In this document: positions 39,176 to 48,424 of the stretch, piece after piece
How positions within the stretch are numbered: the first letter of the stretch is position 1
How the letters are laid out: the number at the start of each line of letters is the position of its first letter
DNA from: an uncultured Nitrososphaerota archaeon
GTDB taxonomy: Archaea; Thermoproteota; Nitrososphaeria; Nitrososphaerales; Gagatemarchaeaceae
Length of the DNA stretch: 64,000 nucleotides
Direction of reading: 5' to 3'
NCBI GenBank assembly: GCA_963703285.1
Contig: OY969807.1
Location: 1,248,001-1,312,000 of the forward strand
The notes under the pieces: model-generated
The model's input: the letters and a program-made list of their open reading frames with translations, nothing else
Databases searched by the model: none
What the model was told of the DNA's origin: nothing
Position numbers and translations under genes: made by a program

Positions 39176-39567
39176 GGCGCATACTCGCTGTTCCTTGGAC
39201 GCAGGGACACCAGTCGAGCCAGTACGGTCACCGCCGTGACAGACAGGGCCAGCCAGAAAGCGACGTCCAAGAGATAGGACGTCCAGTTGACCGCCAAGTT
39301 GCTTATCGGAGCCAGATGGACAAACTCTGACTGAGCGCTCAAGGTGTACGTCTGAACGCGCCAGGCGAACGGAATCCCCCAGGTGTTCCCCCCGGGGGAG
39401 CCTCCCAGCGCATGGAGGCCGCTGATGGAGCTCGAAGCGTAGAACAGCAGGAGCCCCAGGGTGATTCCTCCGGCTACGAGCGCGCGCCTCTCCAGGGTTC
39501 TGACCTCCCTTGCTGTTGACGTCCGCTGGAGCGCTTTAAGCGTTGAGTCGTAGTGACGTTCGGACAA
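39112..39567 (-). CDS. Hypothetical 2-TM protein; real start probably near 39500
   Basis: TM, then WGIPFAW, then NW..YLLDVAFW TM; minus-strand TTAAA at about 39535. Confidence 0.55.
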   Translation of the reverse strand: MSERHYDSTLKALQRTSTAREVRTLERRALVAGGITLGLLLFYASSSISGLHALGGSPGGNTWGIPFAWRVQTYTLSAQSEFVHLAPISNLAVNWTSYLLDVAFWLALSVTAVTVLARLVSLRPRNSEYAPHDTMKYAKAEFPHSSSPNAV

Positions 39568-39612
39568 AACTATTAATCGAGAATCAGCCTCTCATCCACC
39601 TGGGACGATGGG

Positions 39613-40566
39613 ATGAAGCGTATCTCCAAGGTGGCGGTCATTGGCGTCGTCGTCCTGCTTGGCGTCGCGGCGGGCGCGTACGCGTTCGTCCCGCTCGGCT
39701 CGCCGTTCTGGAACTGTCCGGTGGTTCGAACCAGTCCAGGATACCCAGGGACAACCGGCAGCCCGTTCAGCATCGTGCAGGTCGGAGACTTCGGTACCTT
39801 CGCGGGTCAGGAAAACTCAGGGACCGGGACCATCAGGTGGTGCATCTACAGCAACGCGGGCCTTCTTGAGAGGAGCTACCTCACGGACAGAAGGCTGAAC
39901 GGATGGGTGTCTTCAGACAATGGGTCGGTCGTGGCTGTCCTTGGGAACAAGGTGTCAGGCGGAGCGGGTATCTTCGACTACGGGGGTGGACTTTACCTCT
40001 TCAACAAGAACGGACAGATGGAGTGGAGCATCACATCTCCACAATCAATCGACTCGGTCGAGATGAACGGGAACGGCTCGGTGATTGTGGCAGGCGGATC
40101 CTCCGAACTGCTGTACATTAACAGCACCGGAAGAGTCCTTTGGAACTATTCTCAGAACGGCCCCGCGGCCATCGCCTTGTTGGATGAGGGGTCGAGTGTC
40201 CTGGCCGCGGTCTCGCAAATCACGATTCCAGGCCAGACGAACTTTGGGAGCGCACTAGTCATGTTCGATTCGAGAGGGAACCAGCTCTGGAATGTGACCA
40301 TCCCCGACCAGATTGTCGTCAGCGGCTCGGCCCTTGCAATCTCTGGCGGGCATATAGCTTTCGGCATCTCCAATGATGGATACAACGGCACCGTCGCCTA
40401 CTACGATCTGCAGGGCAACCTCGTCTGGTCCAAGCACGTCGACAGCGCGATCCTCGGCTTGAGCTTCGAGGACGGAGGCTCGACCATCCTGACAACGACA
40501 AACTGGGGCCAGGTCACGTTTGACCTTTCGGGGAACGTGGTCGGCAACCAGACCTCGCCACACTAG
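39613..40566 (+). CDS. Secreted PQQ-like beta-propeller repeat protein
   Basis: Signal anchor; repeated (F/Y)(N/D)..G..(L)W blades. Confidence 0.75.
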   Translation: MKRISKVAVIGVVVLLGVAAGAYAFVPLGSPFWNCPVVRTSPGYPGTTGSPFSIVQVGDFGTFAGQENSGTGTIRWCIYSNAGLLERSYLTDRRLNGWVSSDNGSVVAVLGNKVSGGAGIFDYGGGLYLFNKNGQMEWSITSPQSIDSVEMNGNGSVIVAGGSSELLYINSTGRVLWNYSQNGPAAIALLDEGSSVLAAVSQITIPGQTNFGSALVMFDSRGNQLWNVTIPDQIVVSGSALAISGGHIAFGISNDGYNGTVAYYDLQGNLVWSKHVDSAILGLSFEDGGSTILTTTNWGQVTFDLSGNVVGNQTSPH

Positions 40567-40672
40567 CTCCACCAAGGCACATGACGCCAAGCGCGCCGGG
40601 CTCTTTCCCCTGCAACCGCCAGCATGGCTCGGACAAAACTATTAATCGTGAAAGGCGACGTTTTAATCAACT

Positions 40673-41111
40673 ATGAAGCTAGCACGAGTCGCAATTTCGG
40701 TATTGGTGATAGCGCTAGTCGTTGGCTCGATAATCGTCATTTCATCTCAGACGAACCTTTTGGTTAGCACGCGCACCGAACGGTTCACGACCACAACGAC
40801 AATCTCCTACCACAAGCACGGTCACCCCCACGTCCTCCCTCACGACAACGACCGTCATTGTCCCACCAACGACCGTGACCACTAGCTACGTCCAGTTGAC
40901 AGGAAACTGCACTGCGGTCACCTACTTCTCCCCTGACACTGTCTCGTCGCCGGCAACCACCGCCACGACTGACACTATCGGCAGTACCACATACTCGACC
41001 TACACCGTTGTCAACAGCACAGCCATCTATGTTGTAACAACCACCTCCTATGACCTAGGCGACCGCCCCTCAGATGGATGGACCGTCACGGTCTGCACCT
41101 TCCAGCCTTAA
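40673..41111 (+). pseudogene. Thr-rich secreted protein split by a +1 frameshift near 40810 (or sequencing error)
   Basis: ORFs 40673-40885 and 40875-41111 join as ...TTTTISY/TSTVTPTSSLTTTTVIVPPTTVTTSY after removing one base. Confidence 0.65.
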
Positions 41112-41206
41112 CCGAACAGAATCTGTTGGCAGTGCAAAGAGAGCTTTACAGAATCGTCTCCGCAGTTCGCTTATTAACAACTCGGCCCGGGAGCCGCCAG
41201 ATTTCG

Positions 41207-42874
41207 ATGACTGTTACGGTACGAAACAGGCTGACCGCGGGAGTGGAGAGGGCGCCCCAGAGAGCGATGCTCAGGGCCATCGGACTTTCGGACGAGGACC
41301 TTGAGAAGCCTCTGATCGGGATAGCTAACACCTGGGTCGAGGCGCAGCCCTGCAACTACCATCTGCGCGAGGTCGCCCAGAAGGTGAAGGAGGGCGTCCG
41401 CGACGCTGGCGGGACGCCTCTCGAGTTCAACACAATAGCAGTGAACGACGCCATAGGGATGGGGCACGAGGGGATGAAGGCGTCTCTGGTAAGCAGGGAG
41501 GTCATCGCCGACTCCATCGAGCTCTGCGAGGTGGGATACCAGTTCGACGCGCTCGTGACCATAGGCGGGTGCGACAAGACCCAGCCCGCGTGCGTGATGG
41601 CGATGGCAAGGACGAACGTGCCGAGCATCTACCTCTACGGAGGGTCCATCCCGCCCGGAGAATGGAAGGGCGGGAGGGTCACGATACAGGACGTCTTCGA
41701 GGGCGCCGGAGCGGTCTCGAGGGGGACGATGACCCTCCAGGAGCTGCACGACCTGGAGTGCAACGCGTGCCCGACCTACGGCGCTTGCGGGGGGATGTTC
41801 ACGGCCAACACCATGTCGTCCGCCATCGAGGCGCTGGGGCTGACCGTCCCCAACTGCGCGGCCCCGATAGCCCCGAGCGAGCTCCGCATGCAGAAGGCCT
41901 ATGAGAGCGGCCGTGCGGTGATGAAGATCCTCGAGTCCAACACGAAGCCAAGGGACATACTGACGCAAGAGGCCTTCGAGAACGCGGTGGCGGTGGTCGC
42001 AGGGATGGGGGGCTCGACCAACGCCGTCCTCCACCTGCTGGCGATAGCCTACGAGGCCGGGGTGAAGCTCGACCTCGACGACATCGAGAGGATGGGGTCG
42101 AAGGTCCCCGAGCTGGCCGACCTCAAGCCGGCTGGCAAGTATGTGATGTCGGACGTGGACGTCGTCGGAGGAGTGCCCGTCGTCATGAAGCTACTCCTGG
42201 ACGCTGGGCTGCTCCACGGGGAGGTGAGACTTGTCACCGGAGAGACACTCCGAGAGCGCCTCGAGACGGTCACCTTCCCCGACAACCAGGACGTCGTACA
42301 CAGACTGGAGAACCCGGTCAGGACCAACGGAGGTTTCGCAATACTCAGGGGGAATCTCGCGCCCGAGGGCGCGGTCCTCAAGGTATCGGGAGCTTCCCGG
42401 TTCTCCCACAGAGGGCCTGCCAGGGTCTTCGACAGGGAGGAGGACGCGTTCCACGCCATCATGGAGAAGAAGATCACGGAGGGGGACGTCGTCGTCGTGC
42501 GCTACGAGGGACCCAAGGGCGGGCCCGGGATGAGAGAGATGCTGGCGGTGACAGCTGCGATAGTCGGGCAGGGTTTGAAGGACTCGGTCGCGCTGATAAC
42601 CGACGGCAGGTTCTCCGGCGCGTCCCACGGTATGATGGTTGGGCACGTCTCCCCCGAAGCCGCCGTGGGGGGCCCGATCGCGCTGCTGAAGGACGGGGAC
42701 GTGATTGTCCTGGACGTGGGCAAGAGGTCCCTCTCCGTCGAACTCTCCGACGAGGAGCTGGGGGCCAGGAAGGAAAGGTGGACCCCGCCCGCGCCGCGCT
42801 ACACCCGCGGCGTCTTCGCGAAGTACGCCAAGCTCGTCACCTCCGCCTCGAAGGGCGCGGTCTGCGTGCCCTGA
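41207..42874 (+). CDS. ilvD: Dihydroxy-acid dehydratase
   Basis: [42 protein letters not shown]; start MTVTVR. Confidence 0.96.
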   Translation: MTVTVRNRLTAGVERAPQRAMLRAIGLSDEDLEKPLIGIANTWVEAQPCNYHLREVAQKVKEGVRDAGGTPLEFNTIAVNDAIGMGHEGMKASLVSREVIADSIELCEVGYQFDALVTIGGCDKTQPACVMAMARTNVPSIYLYGGSIPPGEWKGGRVTIQDVFEGAGAVSRGTMTLQELHDLECNACPTYGACGGMFTANTMSSAIEALGLTVPNCAAPIAPSELRMQKAYESGRAVMKILESNTKPRDILTQEAFENAVAVVAGMGGSTNAVLHLLAIAYEAGVKLDLDDIERMGSKVPELADLKPAGKYVMSDVDVVGGVPVVMKLLLDAGLLHGEVRLVTGETLRERLETVTFPDNQDVVHRLENPVRTNGGFAILRGNLAPEGAVLKVSGASRFSHRGPARVFDREEDAFHAIMEKKITEGDVVVVRYEGPKGGPGMREMLAVTAAIVGQGLKDSVALITDGRFSGASHGMMVGHVSPEAAVGGPIALLKDGDVIVLDVGKRSLSVELSDEELGARKERWTPPAPRYTRGVFAKYAKLVTSASKGAVCVP

Positions 42875-42941
42875 GGGCCTAGCTCCACCCGCCAACGTTA
42901 TGTGCTAGGAAGAAAGGCAGATACAACAGAGGCTGATTCAG

Positions 42942-45803
42942 GTGAGCGAGGTCAACGTCTTCGAGCTGTTCTCCCCCGGGCTGAGCAAGGCCCTCCAAGA
43001 GAGGGGATTCGACTCACCGACGGACCCGCAGATGAAGCTCTCTCCTCTCGTCATGAGCGGCAGGAACGCCCTCCTCATGTCGCCCACGGGGACGGGGAAG
43101 ACCGAGGCGGCCTTCCTCCCGATACTGGATAACATCATACGGAACGGCCTGGCAAGGACCAAGGGAATCAAGCTCCTCTACATCACGCCGCTCAGGGCGC
43201 TCAACAGGGACATGCTCGAGAGGATGAAGTGGTGGTGCAAGAGGTTCGACGTCCGCCTGGGGGTCCGCCATGGCGACACCACCAGCGCCGAACGGGCGAG
43301 CCAGTCGATGGTCCCCCCTGACATCCTGATCACGACGCCCGAGACCCTGCAGGCGATGCTCACCGGAAGGAGGATCAGGGAGGCGCTCGGCTCGCTCCGC
43401 TGGGTCGTCGTCGACGAGGTCCACGAGCTGGCGGAGGACAAGAGGGGGAGCCAGCTCTCGATAGCACTAGAGAGGCTGAAGAGGATATCGGGGAGGCCGT
43501 TCCAGATCGTCGGTCTCTCGGCGACCGTCGGTTCCCCGGAGACGATCGCGAAGTTTCTGGTCGGCCAAGCGGGCGAATGCGACGTGGTCAGGGTCCCCGT
43601 CGAGAAGAGCCTGGAGCTGACCGTCTCGCGGCCCGAGCCGACCCCCGACGACAAGGTCCTCGCCGACACCATCTTCACCTTCCCCGAGGTCGCGGCCCGA
43701 CTCAGGCTCATCAGGGACATGGTAGAGAAGTACAGGTCGATCCTGATTTTTACGAATACGAGGAGCGAGGCCGAGGCACTCGCGAACAGGTTCAGGGTCT
43801 GGGACCCGAAGCTCCCCATCGGAATCCACCACAGCTCGCTCTCCAGGGCGACGAGGGAGGCGGTGGAGAGGTCCTTGAGGGAGGGGAACCTGCGAGGGGT
43901 GATCTGCACCAGCAGCCTCGAGCTGGGGATCGACATCGGTTTCCTGGACTACGTCGTCCAGTACAACTCGCCCAGGCAGGTCTCCCGGCTCATCCAGCGT
44001 GTGGGACGGAGCGGCCACAGGATAGGGCGGACGTCGAAGGGCCTCATAATAACCCAGGACTCGGACGACACCCTGGAGGCGATCGTCCTCTGCAGGAGGT
44101 CCCTGCTGGGGCAGCTCGAGCCGCTGGTGCCCTTCAAGAACCCGAATGACGCGGCCATCCACCAGATAGCGGGGCTCCTCATAGAGACGAGCTCCTGGAA
44201 GCTGGAGGAGATGTACTCACTCATCAGGAGCGCGTACCCGTACTCCACGCTCAGCCTGGAGAGCCTGAAGAACATCCTCGGCTACATGCAGGACAGGTAC
44301 CCCAAGCTTCTCCACTTCGTGGAGAGCGAGGGCATCGTCAAGAGGGCCAGGGACTTCAAGCCGCTCTTCGACTACTACTTCGAGAACCTCTCGATGATCC
44401 CCGACGAGAAGCAGTACATCGTCATCGGGGAGGGGGACAGGCCCGTGGGAGTGCTCGACGAGGCGTTCGTCTCGGAGTACGGCCAGGTCGGGGTCAAGTT
44501 CGTCGAGGCGGGCAGGTGCTGGAAGATACTCGAGATCTACGAGAACAGGGTCTACGTCTCGCCGGAGGAGGACCCGACGGGGGCGGTCCCCAGCTGGGTG
44601 GGCGACGAGATACCGGTCCCGCTCGAGGTCGCGCTCGAGGTCGGGTCAATCCGCCGCGAGTACGAAGAGCACCTCTCTGGCCCCCAGGCCGGGGCCTTCA
44701 TCGACGAGATGTGCCGGAGGTACCCCATCGAGGGTCCGGCGGCCGTGGAGTCCCTCAAGGAGGTGGCCGAGCAGCACTCCATGGGGCTCCCCGTCCCTTC
44801 GGACAGGCTCGTCACCATCGAGAGGTGGGACAGGTATGTGATAATCCAGGCCTCCTTCGGGCACAGGGTGAACCGCGTCCTCGCGAGGGTGGTCGCCCAT
44901 GCGCTCTCCGAGAGGCTGGGCCAGTCTGTCGCCGTCCACCAGGACCCCTACCGGATAATACTCGAGGTGGACGCGTCCCCCGAGCTCGTGCGCTCTACCC
45001 TTATGGGAATCGTGGACAAGGACCTGGGGGAGCTGGCGCGAGTGGCCGTCGAGAGGTCGGGGATCTTCAAGCGCCGACTGATCCACGTCGGCAAGAAGTG
45101 CGGTGCAATCGCCAAGGAGGCCGACTACGCCAGCGTCTCCATCTCGGGCCTGATGGAGGCGCTCAGGGGGACGCCGGTCTACGAGGAGGCGATAAGCGTG
45201 ATCTTCCACGACGACTTCGACGTCCAGGCCGCCAGGGAGATCCTGGTGAAGATCAAGGCGAAGGAGATAGGCGTAGAGGTGATAGAGGCTGAGAGCATGA
45301 GCCCGCTGGCACGCATAGGCGTCGAGGAGGTCAGCCGCAGGGGCGAGATCGTCTCCCCGGAGAGGTTGAGGGCGATAATACGCCAGTCGACCGAGGCCCG
45401 AGTGACGGAGAGCTTCCTGATCGTGGTGTGCACGAACTGCTGGGACTACGTGGAGCCGAAGAGGATCGGCAGCCTGAGCGTCGGGCCCTGTCCCAAGTGC
45501 GGACAGGACGCGGTCGGGTTCTCGACCGAGTCCTACGAGACGATCTTCAGCCTCGCGCTAAAGGCGAGGAGCAGGACGGAGATGCACGGGAAGGGCCTGA
45601 AGGCGGTCGAGGCTCTGAAGAGGTCGGCGCAGCTCGCGAGGGAGTACGGCACGGACGCGCTCTTCCTCATGGGGGGGAGGGGAATCAGGCTCGCCGACGT
45701 CCAGGGCCTTCTCGCCAAGAAGAAGCAGGAGGGCGGAGAGATCGTCGACTACGTCATAGAGGGGGAGAGGGAAGCGCTCAAGAGGCGTTACTTCGCTTCT
45801 TGA
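42942..45803 (+). CDS. lhr: Lhr-family SF2 helicase
   Basis: PTGTGKT, TPLRALNRD, DEVH, SAT, SSLELGID, QRVGRSGH, PSW.G; C-terminal Zn finger. Confidence 0.93.
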   Translation: MSEVNVFELFSPGLSKALQERGFDSPTDPQMKLSPLVMSGRNALLMSPTGTGKTEAAFLPILDNIIRNGLARTKGIKLLYITPLRALNRDMLERMKWWCKRFDVRLGVRHGDTTSAERASQSMVPPDILITTPETLQAMLTGRRIREALGSLRWVVVDEVHELAEDKRGSQLSIALERLKRISGRPFQIVGLSATVGSPETIAKFLVGQAGECDVVRVPVEKSLELTVSRPEPTPDDKVLADTIFTFPEVAARLRLIRDMVEKYRSILIFTNTRSEAEALANRFRVWDPKLPIGIHHSSLSRATREAVERSLREGNLRGVICTSSLELGIDIGFLDYVVQYNSPRQVSRLIQRVGRSGHRIGRTSKGLIITQDSDDTLEAIVLCRRSLLGQLEPLVPFKNPNDAAIHQIAGLLIETSSWKLEEMYSLIRSAYPYSTLSLESLKNILGYMQDRYPKLLHFVESEGIVKRARDFKPLFDYYFENLSMIPDEKQYIVIGEGDRPVGVLDEAFVSEYGQVGVKFVEAGRCWKILEIYENRVYVSPEEDPTGAVPSWVGDEIPVPLEVALEVGSIRREYEEHLSGPQAGAFIDEMCRRYPIEGPAAVESLKEVAEQHSMGLPVPSDRLVTIERWDRYVIIQASFGHRVNRVLARVVAHALSERLGQSVAVHQDPYRIILEVDASPELVRSTLMGIVDKDLGELARVAVERSGIFKRRLIHVGKKCGAIAKEADYASVSISGLMEALRGTPVYEEAISVIFHDDFDVQAAREILVKIKAKEIGVEVIEAESMSPLARIGVEEVSRRGEIVSPERLRAIIRQSTEARVTESFLIVVCTNCWDYVEPKRIGSLSVGPCPKCGQDAVGFSTESYETIFSLALKARSRTEMHGKGLKAVEALKRSAQLAREYGTDALFLMGGRGIRLADVQGLLAKKKQEGGEIVDYVIEGEREALKRRYFAS

Positions 45804-45948
45804 CCGTCTCCTGATCCGTCGCAGTCAGCTGGCGGATGTGCTGAATCTTCCACCTGGTCCAGAATTCCCTCCACCGGGCGGGAGGGATGGGCAGGAAGGT
45901 CGTGACCTCGATGGTCCTCCTCGCGCTCAGGTTGTTGACCGTGGGCAC
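45778..45948 (-). CDS. Possible 56-aa protein (not in ORF track)
   Basis: GTG start; MPTVNNLSARRTIEVTTFLPIPPARWREFWTRWKIQHIRQLTATDQETVKKRSNAS; host-like G/C-ending codons; fills an intergenic gap. Confidence 0.35.
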   Translation of the reverse strand: MPTVNNLSARRTIEVTTFLPIPPARWREFWTRWKIQHIRQLTATDQETVKKRSNAS

Positions 45949-45992
45949 CGACTGCTGGCTTCCGGCGCGTCGTATTTGAGCGATAACCAGGG

Positions 45993-46553
45993 TTATGGCG
46001 CGGCCTCGCCCCTCGCCAGGATGAGCGTCATCAGCGACTTCTCGTCGACCTCCGCCCTCGTCCTCCAGCCGATGCGAAGGAGCCCCTTCTCGTCCTGGTC
46101 CAGGTAGCCCCGCTTGATGAACCGCTCCAGCGAGTAGTCGACCCTCCAGCGAGGGAACTTCTCCCTGAGGAAGGTCTCCAGCTCCTTGCGCCCGACACGC
46201 CCCTGCTTCGAGTTCACCGTGGCGATGGAGGAGGCCAGGACGGCCAGGTCGTCGATGCGGAAGCCCGCGCTCTCCGCCTCGCTGACGGTCGGGCTCTCCC
46301 TGAACCTCAGGAGGAACCTCGTGGAGTCGTCGGTCCCCTCGATGCCCGGGACCTCGTGGACCTCCAGTCCGAGCGTCTTCAGGTCGCCCGAGAGAACCTC
46401 CAGGATCGTCTTGTAGTCCTTGCCCAGGTACCTCTTCATCTCCCAGCCCTTGACGCCTGGGTTCCTGCCCCTCTGGAGTATCAGGACCTGCAGGGCCTTC
46501 CTCATCTTCCTCTCGAGGAGCGCCCTCTCGTCGTCGCCTGTCGTCGTGCTCAT
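45993..46553 (-). CDS. Kite-like (tandem winged-helix) SMC accessory protein
   Basis: Two WH-like units, LERFIKRGYL..IGWRT; ATG overlaps the upstream gene stop; in SMC-like operon. Confidence 0.6.
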   Translation of the reverse strand: MSTTTGDDERALLERKMRKALQVLILQRGRNPGVKGWEMKRYLGKDYKTILEVLSGDLKTLGLEVHEVPGIEGTDDSTRFLLRFRESPTVSEAESAGFRIDDLAVLASSIATVNSKQGRVGRKELETFLREKFPRWRVDYSLERFIKRGYLDQDEKGLLRIGWRTRAEVDEKSLMTLILARGEAAP

Positions 46554-47215
46554 GCTAGCTCAATCGCCACCGATTTCGTCTCCGACCCGGGTGGCCCGTC
46601 CCGCGGCGAGAGAAATATCTCCTCGGTCAGCGGGTCGACCCTGACGTTCGCGCGGCCCTCGGTCACCACGAAGGCGGTCAGGTACGCGCGGACCGCGGTC
46701 TCCTCGAATGTCGGACCCCCGACGAACTTCCTGTAGTCGACCTCCCCATCTCCGGCGGCCTGGACGAGCTCGTCGCGGATCGACCTGAGGCGCGTCTCGA
46801 ACTCCTCCTTGGAGAAGATGTTGAGTGACTGCAGCTCCTCGAAGTTCATCTGCCCGGGGGCGACGGCGAAATTGCCGAACTGCTCCTTGAAGCGCTCCGA
46901 CATCGGCACCAGCTCGCGCCAGTAGATGAAGGCCCTCTCCAGCCCCCGCGCGGTGAGCTGGTCGACCTGGGCGACCGGGTGCCAGCACTTGACGAAGCTG
47001 TCGGCGAGGTCCTCTCGGGTCAGGAGCCGGATCTTGAGCTCGAGCAGCATAGGGTCGATGTACAAGGAACTGGCGCGATGCTTAAGCCACGATTCTTGTA
47101 ACTTCGCCAGCGCCACGAGCTGGCCGAGGGCCTCTGAGTCCCCGAGCATTACATCGATTAAAGTCCAGTCCGGCATGTACTTCTTCAGTACCAAGAGTTT
47201 TTCCCTGATATTCAC
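46550..47215 (-). CDS. Kleisin/ScpA-like SMC accessory protein; reading frame stays open upstream to about 47350
   Basis: SPFEVNI N-terminal motif (cf. kleisin DP.d.di) and C-terminal RAYLTAFVVTEGRANV..EEIFL winged helix; operon context. Confidence 0.6.
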   Translation of the reverse strand: MNIREKLLVLKKYMPDWTLIDVMLGDSEALGQLVALAKLQESWLKHRASSLYIDPMLLELKIRLLTREDLADSFVKCWHPVAQVDQLTARGLERAFIYWRELVPMSERFKEQFGNFAVAPGQMNFEELQSLNIFSKEEFETRLRSIRDELVQAAGDGEVDYRKFVGGPTFEETAVRAYLTAFVVTEGRANVRVDPLTEEIFLSPRDGPPGSETKSVAIELA

Positions 47216-47259
47216 TTCAAATGGACTGGTACTCGAAGACTGTACAGCTTCGCAGAGCG

Positions 47260-48300
47260 CTATAATTCTAGTATAGTCTTCGCGCGCGCTCTCACTCTTC
47301 TCCTCATTCTTGTGGGTTGGTTCAACTTCTCCATAAGTCGGCGTACCTGATCAATCCTCTGGGGGGTCCGGAATGGGCCGACCTCCCTAATAACCTTAGC
47401 AACACCCTCCAGGTTAGTTGTCTTTGCGATGTACATTCCTCGCTTGTCCCTGTATACTTTGCATCTTACTCCCATTTCCGCTAGACTCCTGACGTACACA
47501 TCGAGAGGTTCCCTGTGCTTTTGAACAACTGCAAGCTCGGTACCTCTCCTGCCATTTAGGCCGGTGGGATCAAGGCTACCTTCGGTATCAATCCATGCTC
47601 TGATTTCTTCCTTTGACATCTTGCTTGCATTCATTTCGAGCAGTCTGTGCTTGAACTCTGTTCGCCCCGCTTGCTTCTTCTGCCCTTCTTCTTGGATCGC
47701 AGGAATGTTTCTTATGCGATGGTCCGGTTCGAGCGCGCTCTGTATGTAAAATGCTTCGATGACGTTTCCATTAGCTTTCATCTTGAAAACGGGCGCAGTA
47801 TCCGGGAATCTAAGACTGAATGTTTCGTTTATCTTTCCAATCCTGATGATTCCGCTGACCTTCGAATCATAAACCCTGCCCTCAAGGTACACCCTGCTTC
47901 CGTCAATCATAAGTTTGGGGTCCCTGACGACAATCGAATTGTTGTCAACTATCATTTTGAGCGTCCTCTCTGAAAGGGACAGTCGAATATTCTCAAAGTT
48001 GGATGGTTTCAGCTTATTGAAGTCACGGGCGAAGTCGGGTGTATCATACTTCTCCATTGAGTACACATTGAACAGCTCTCTGGGAGCAGGATGGATACGT
48101 GCGATATTGATGTGGGGAGCGACATGCGCCCAACTCGTGTACAGGTGAAACTCTTTCTCCGGTTCCGACGCTCTGGACACTCGTGCTTCAACGATATCAC
48201 TCTTTCCAAACTTGGTAGCGAATTCTGGGGGTATGTGAAGGAAGTTAGATGCTCCCGCCTTGGCCTCCTTCCTTTGAAACAGTAAGCTCCCTTCTAACAC
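47260..48300 (-). CDS. Free-standing single-motif LAGLIDADG endonuclease-like protein with N-terminal extension
   Basis: IRAWIDTEGS motif followed by LAVVQKHREPL; AT-rich codon usage unlike flanks. Confidence 0.7.
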   Translation of the reverse strand: MLEGSLLFQRKEAKAGASNFLHIPPEFATKFGKSDIVEARVSRASEPEKEFHLYTSWAHVAPHINIARIHPAPRELFNVYSMEKYDTPDFARDFNKLKPSNFENIRLSLSERTLKMIVDNNSIVVRDPKLMIDGSRVYLEGRVYDSKVSGIIRIGKINETFSLRFPDTAPVFKMKANGNVIEAFYIQSALEPDHRIRNIPAIQEEGQKKQAGRTEFKHRLLEMNASKMSKEEIRAWIDTEGSLDPTGLNGRRGTELAVVQKHREPLDVYVRSLAEMGVRCKVYRDKRGMYIAKTTNLEGVAKVIREVGPFRTPQRIDQVRRLMEKLNQPTRMRRRVRARAKTILEL

Positions 48301-48424
48301 ACAGTTATTCTTTGAAGAACTATAAGAGCACCCACGGCAAGAGGAACAAGCCTAGCCGTAAGAAACAAGCAGCACATTTTGGCGCAGCTCGATCAGGCGG
48401 AGGATGTCCTCCAGCTTCCTGTCC

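Larger units (their letters stand above)
36070..40652 (+). repeat. Four direct copies of G(T/C)TCGGACAAAACTATTAATCNNGAA (36070-36095, 38044-38069, 39558-39583, 40627-40652)
   Basis: 19-bp core TCGGACAAAACTATTAATC is identical in all four; it contains BRE/TATA-like CAAAAC-TATTAA; each copy precedes a plus-strand gene. Confidence 0.92.

Noticed and set aside
36070-40652. Repeats as CRISPR or integron attC sites
   Set aside because: Spacing is 1-2 kb with genes in between and there are no cas genes. No consistent RYYYAAC...GTTRRRY hairpin was found upstream of the copies.
35933-41206. Leader peptides upstream of ilvC and ilvD
   Set aside because: TATA-like boxes lie about 30 nt from each start, leaving no room, and no BCAA-rich uORF was seen
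47252-48391. BHB-like pairing (GAGC/GCUC helix with UGC bulges) at the LAGLIDADG insert junctions, suggesting an mRNA intron
   Set aside because: Canonical cleavage joins ...GAG CUG to C GAA GCU, which is out of frame, and the alternative frame contains UGA. Flanking helices are only about 2 bp. Not fully excluded given possible indel errors.
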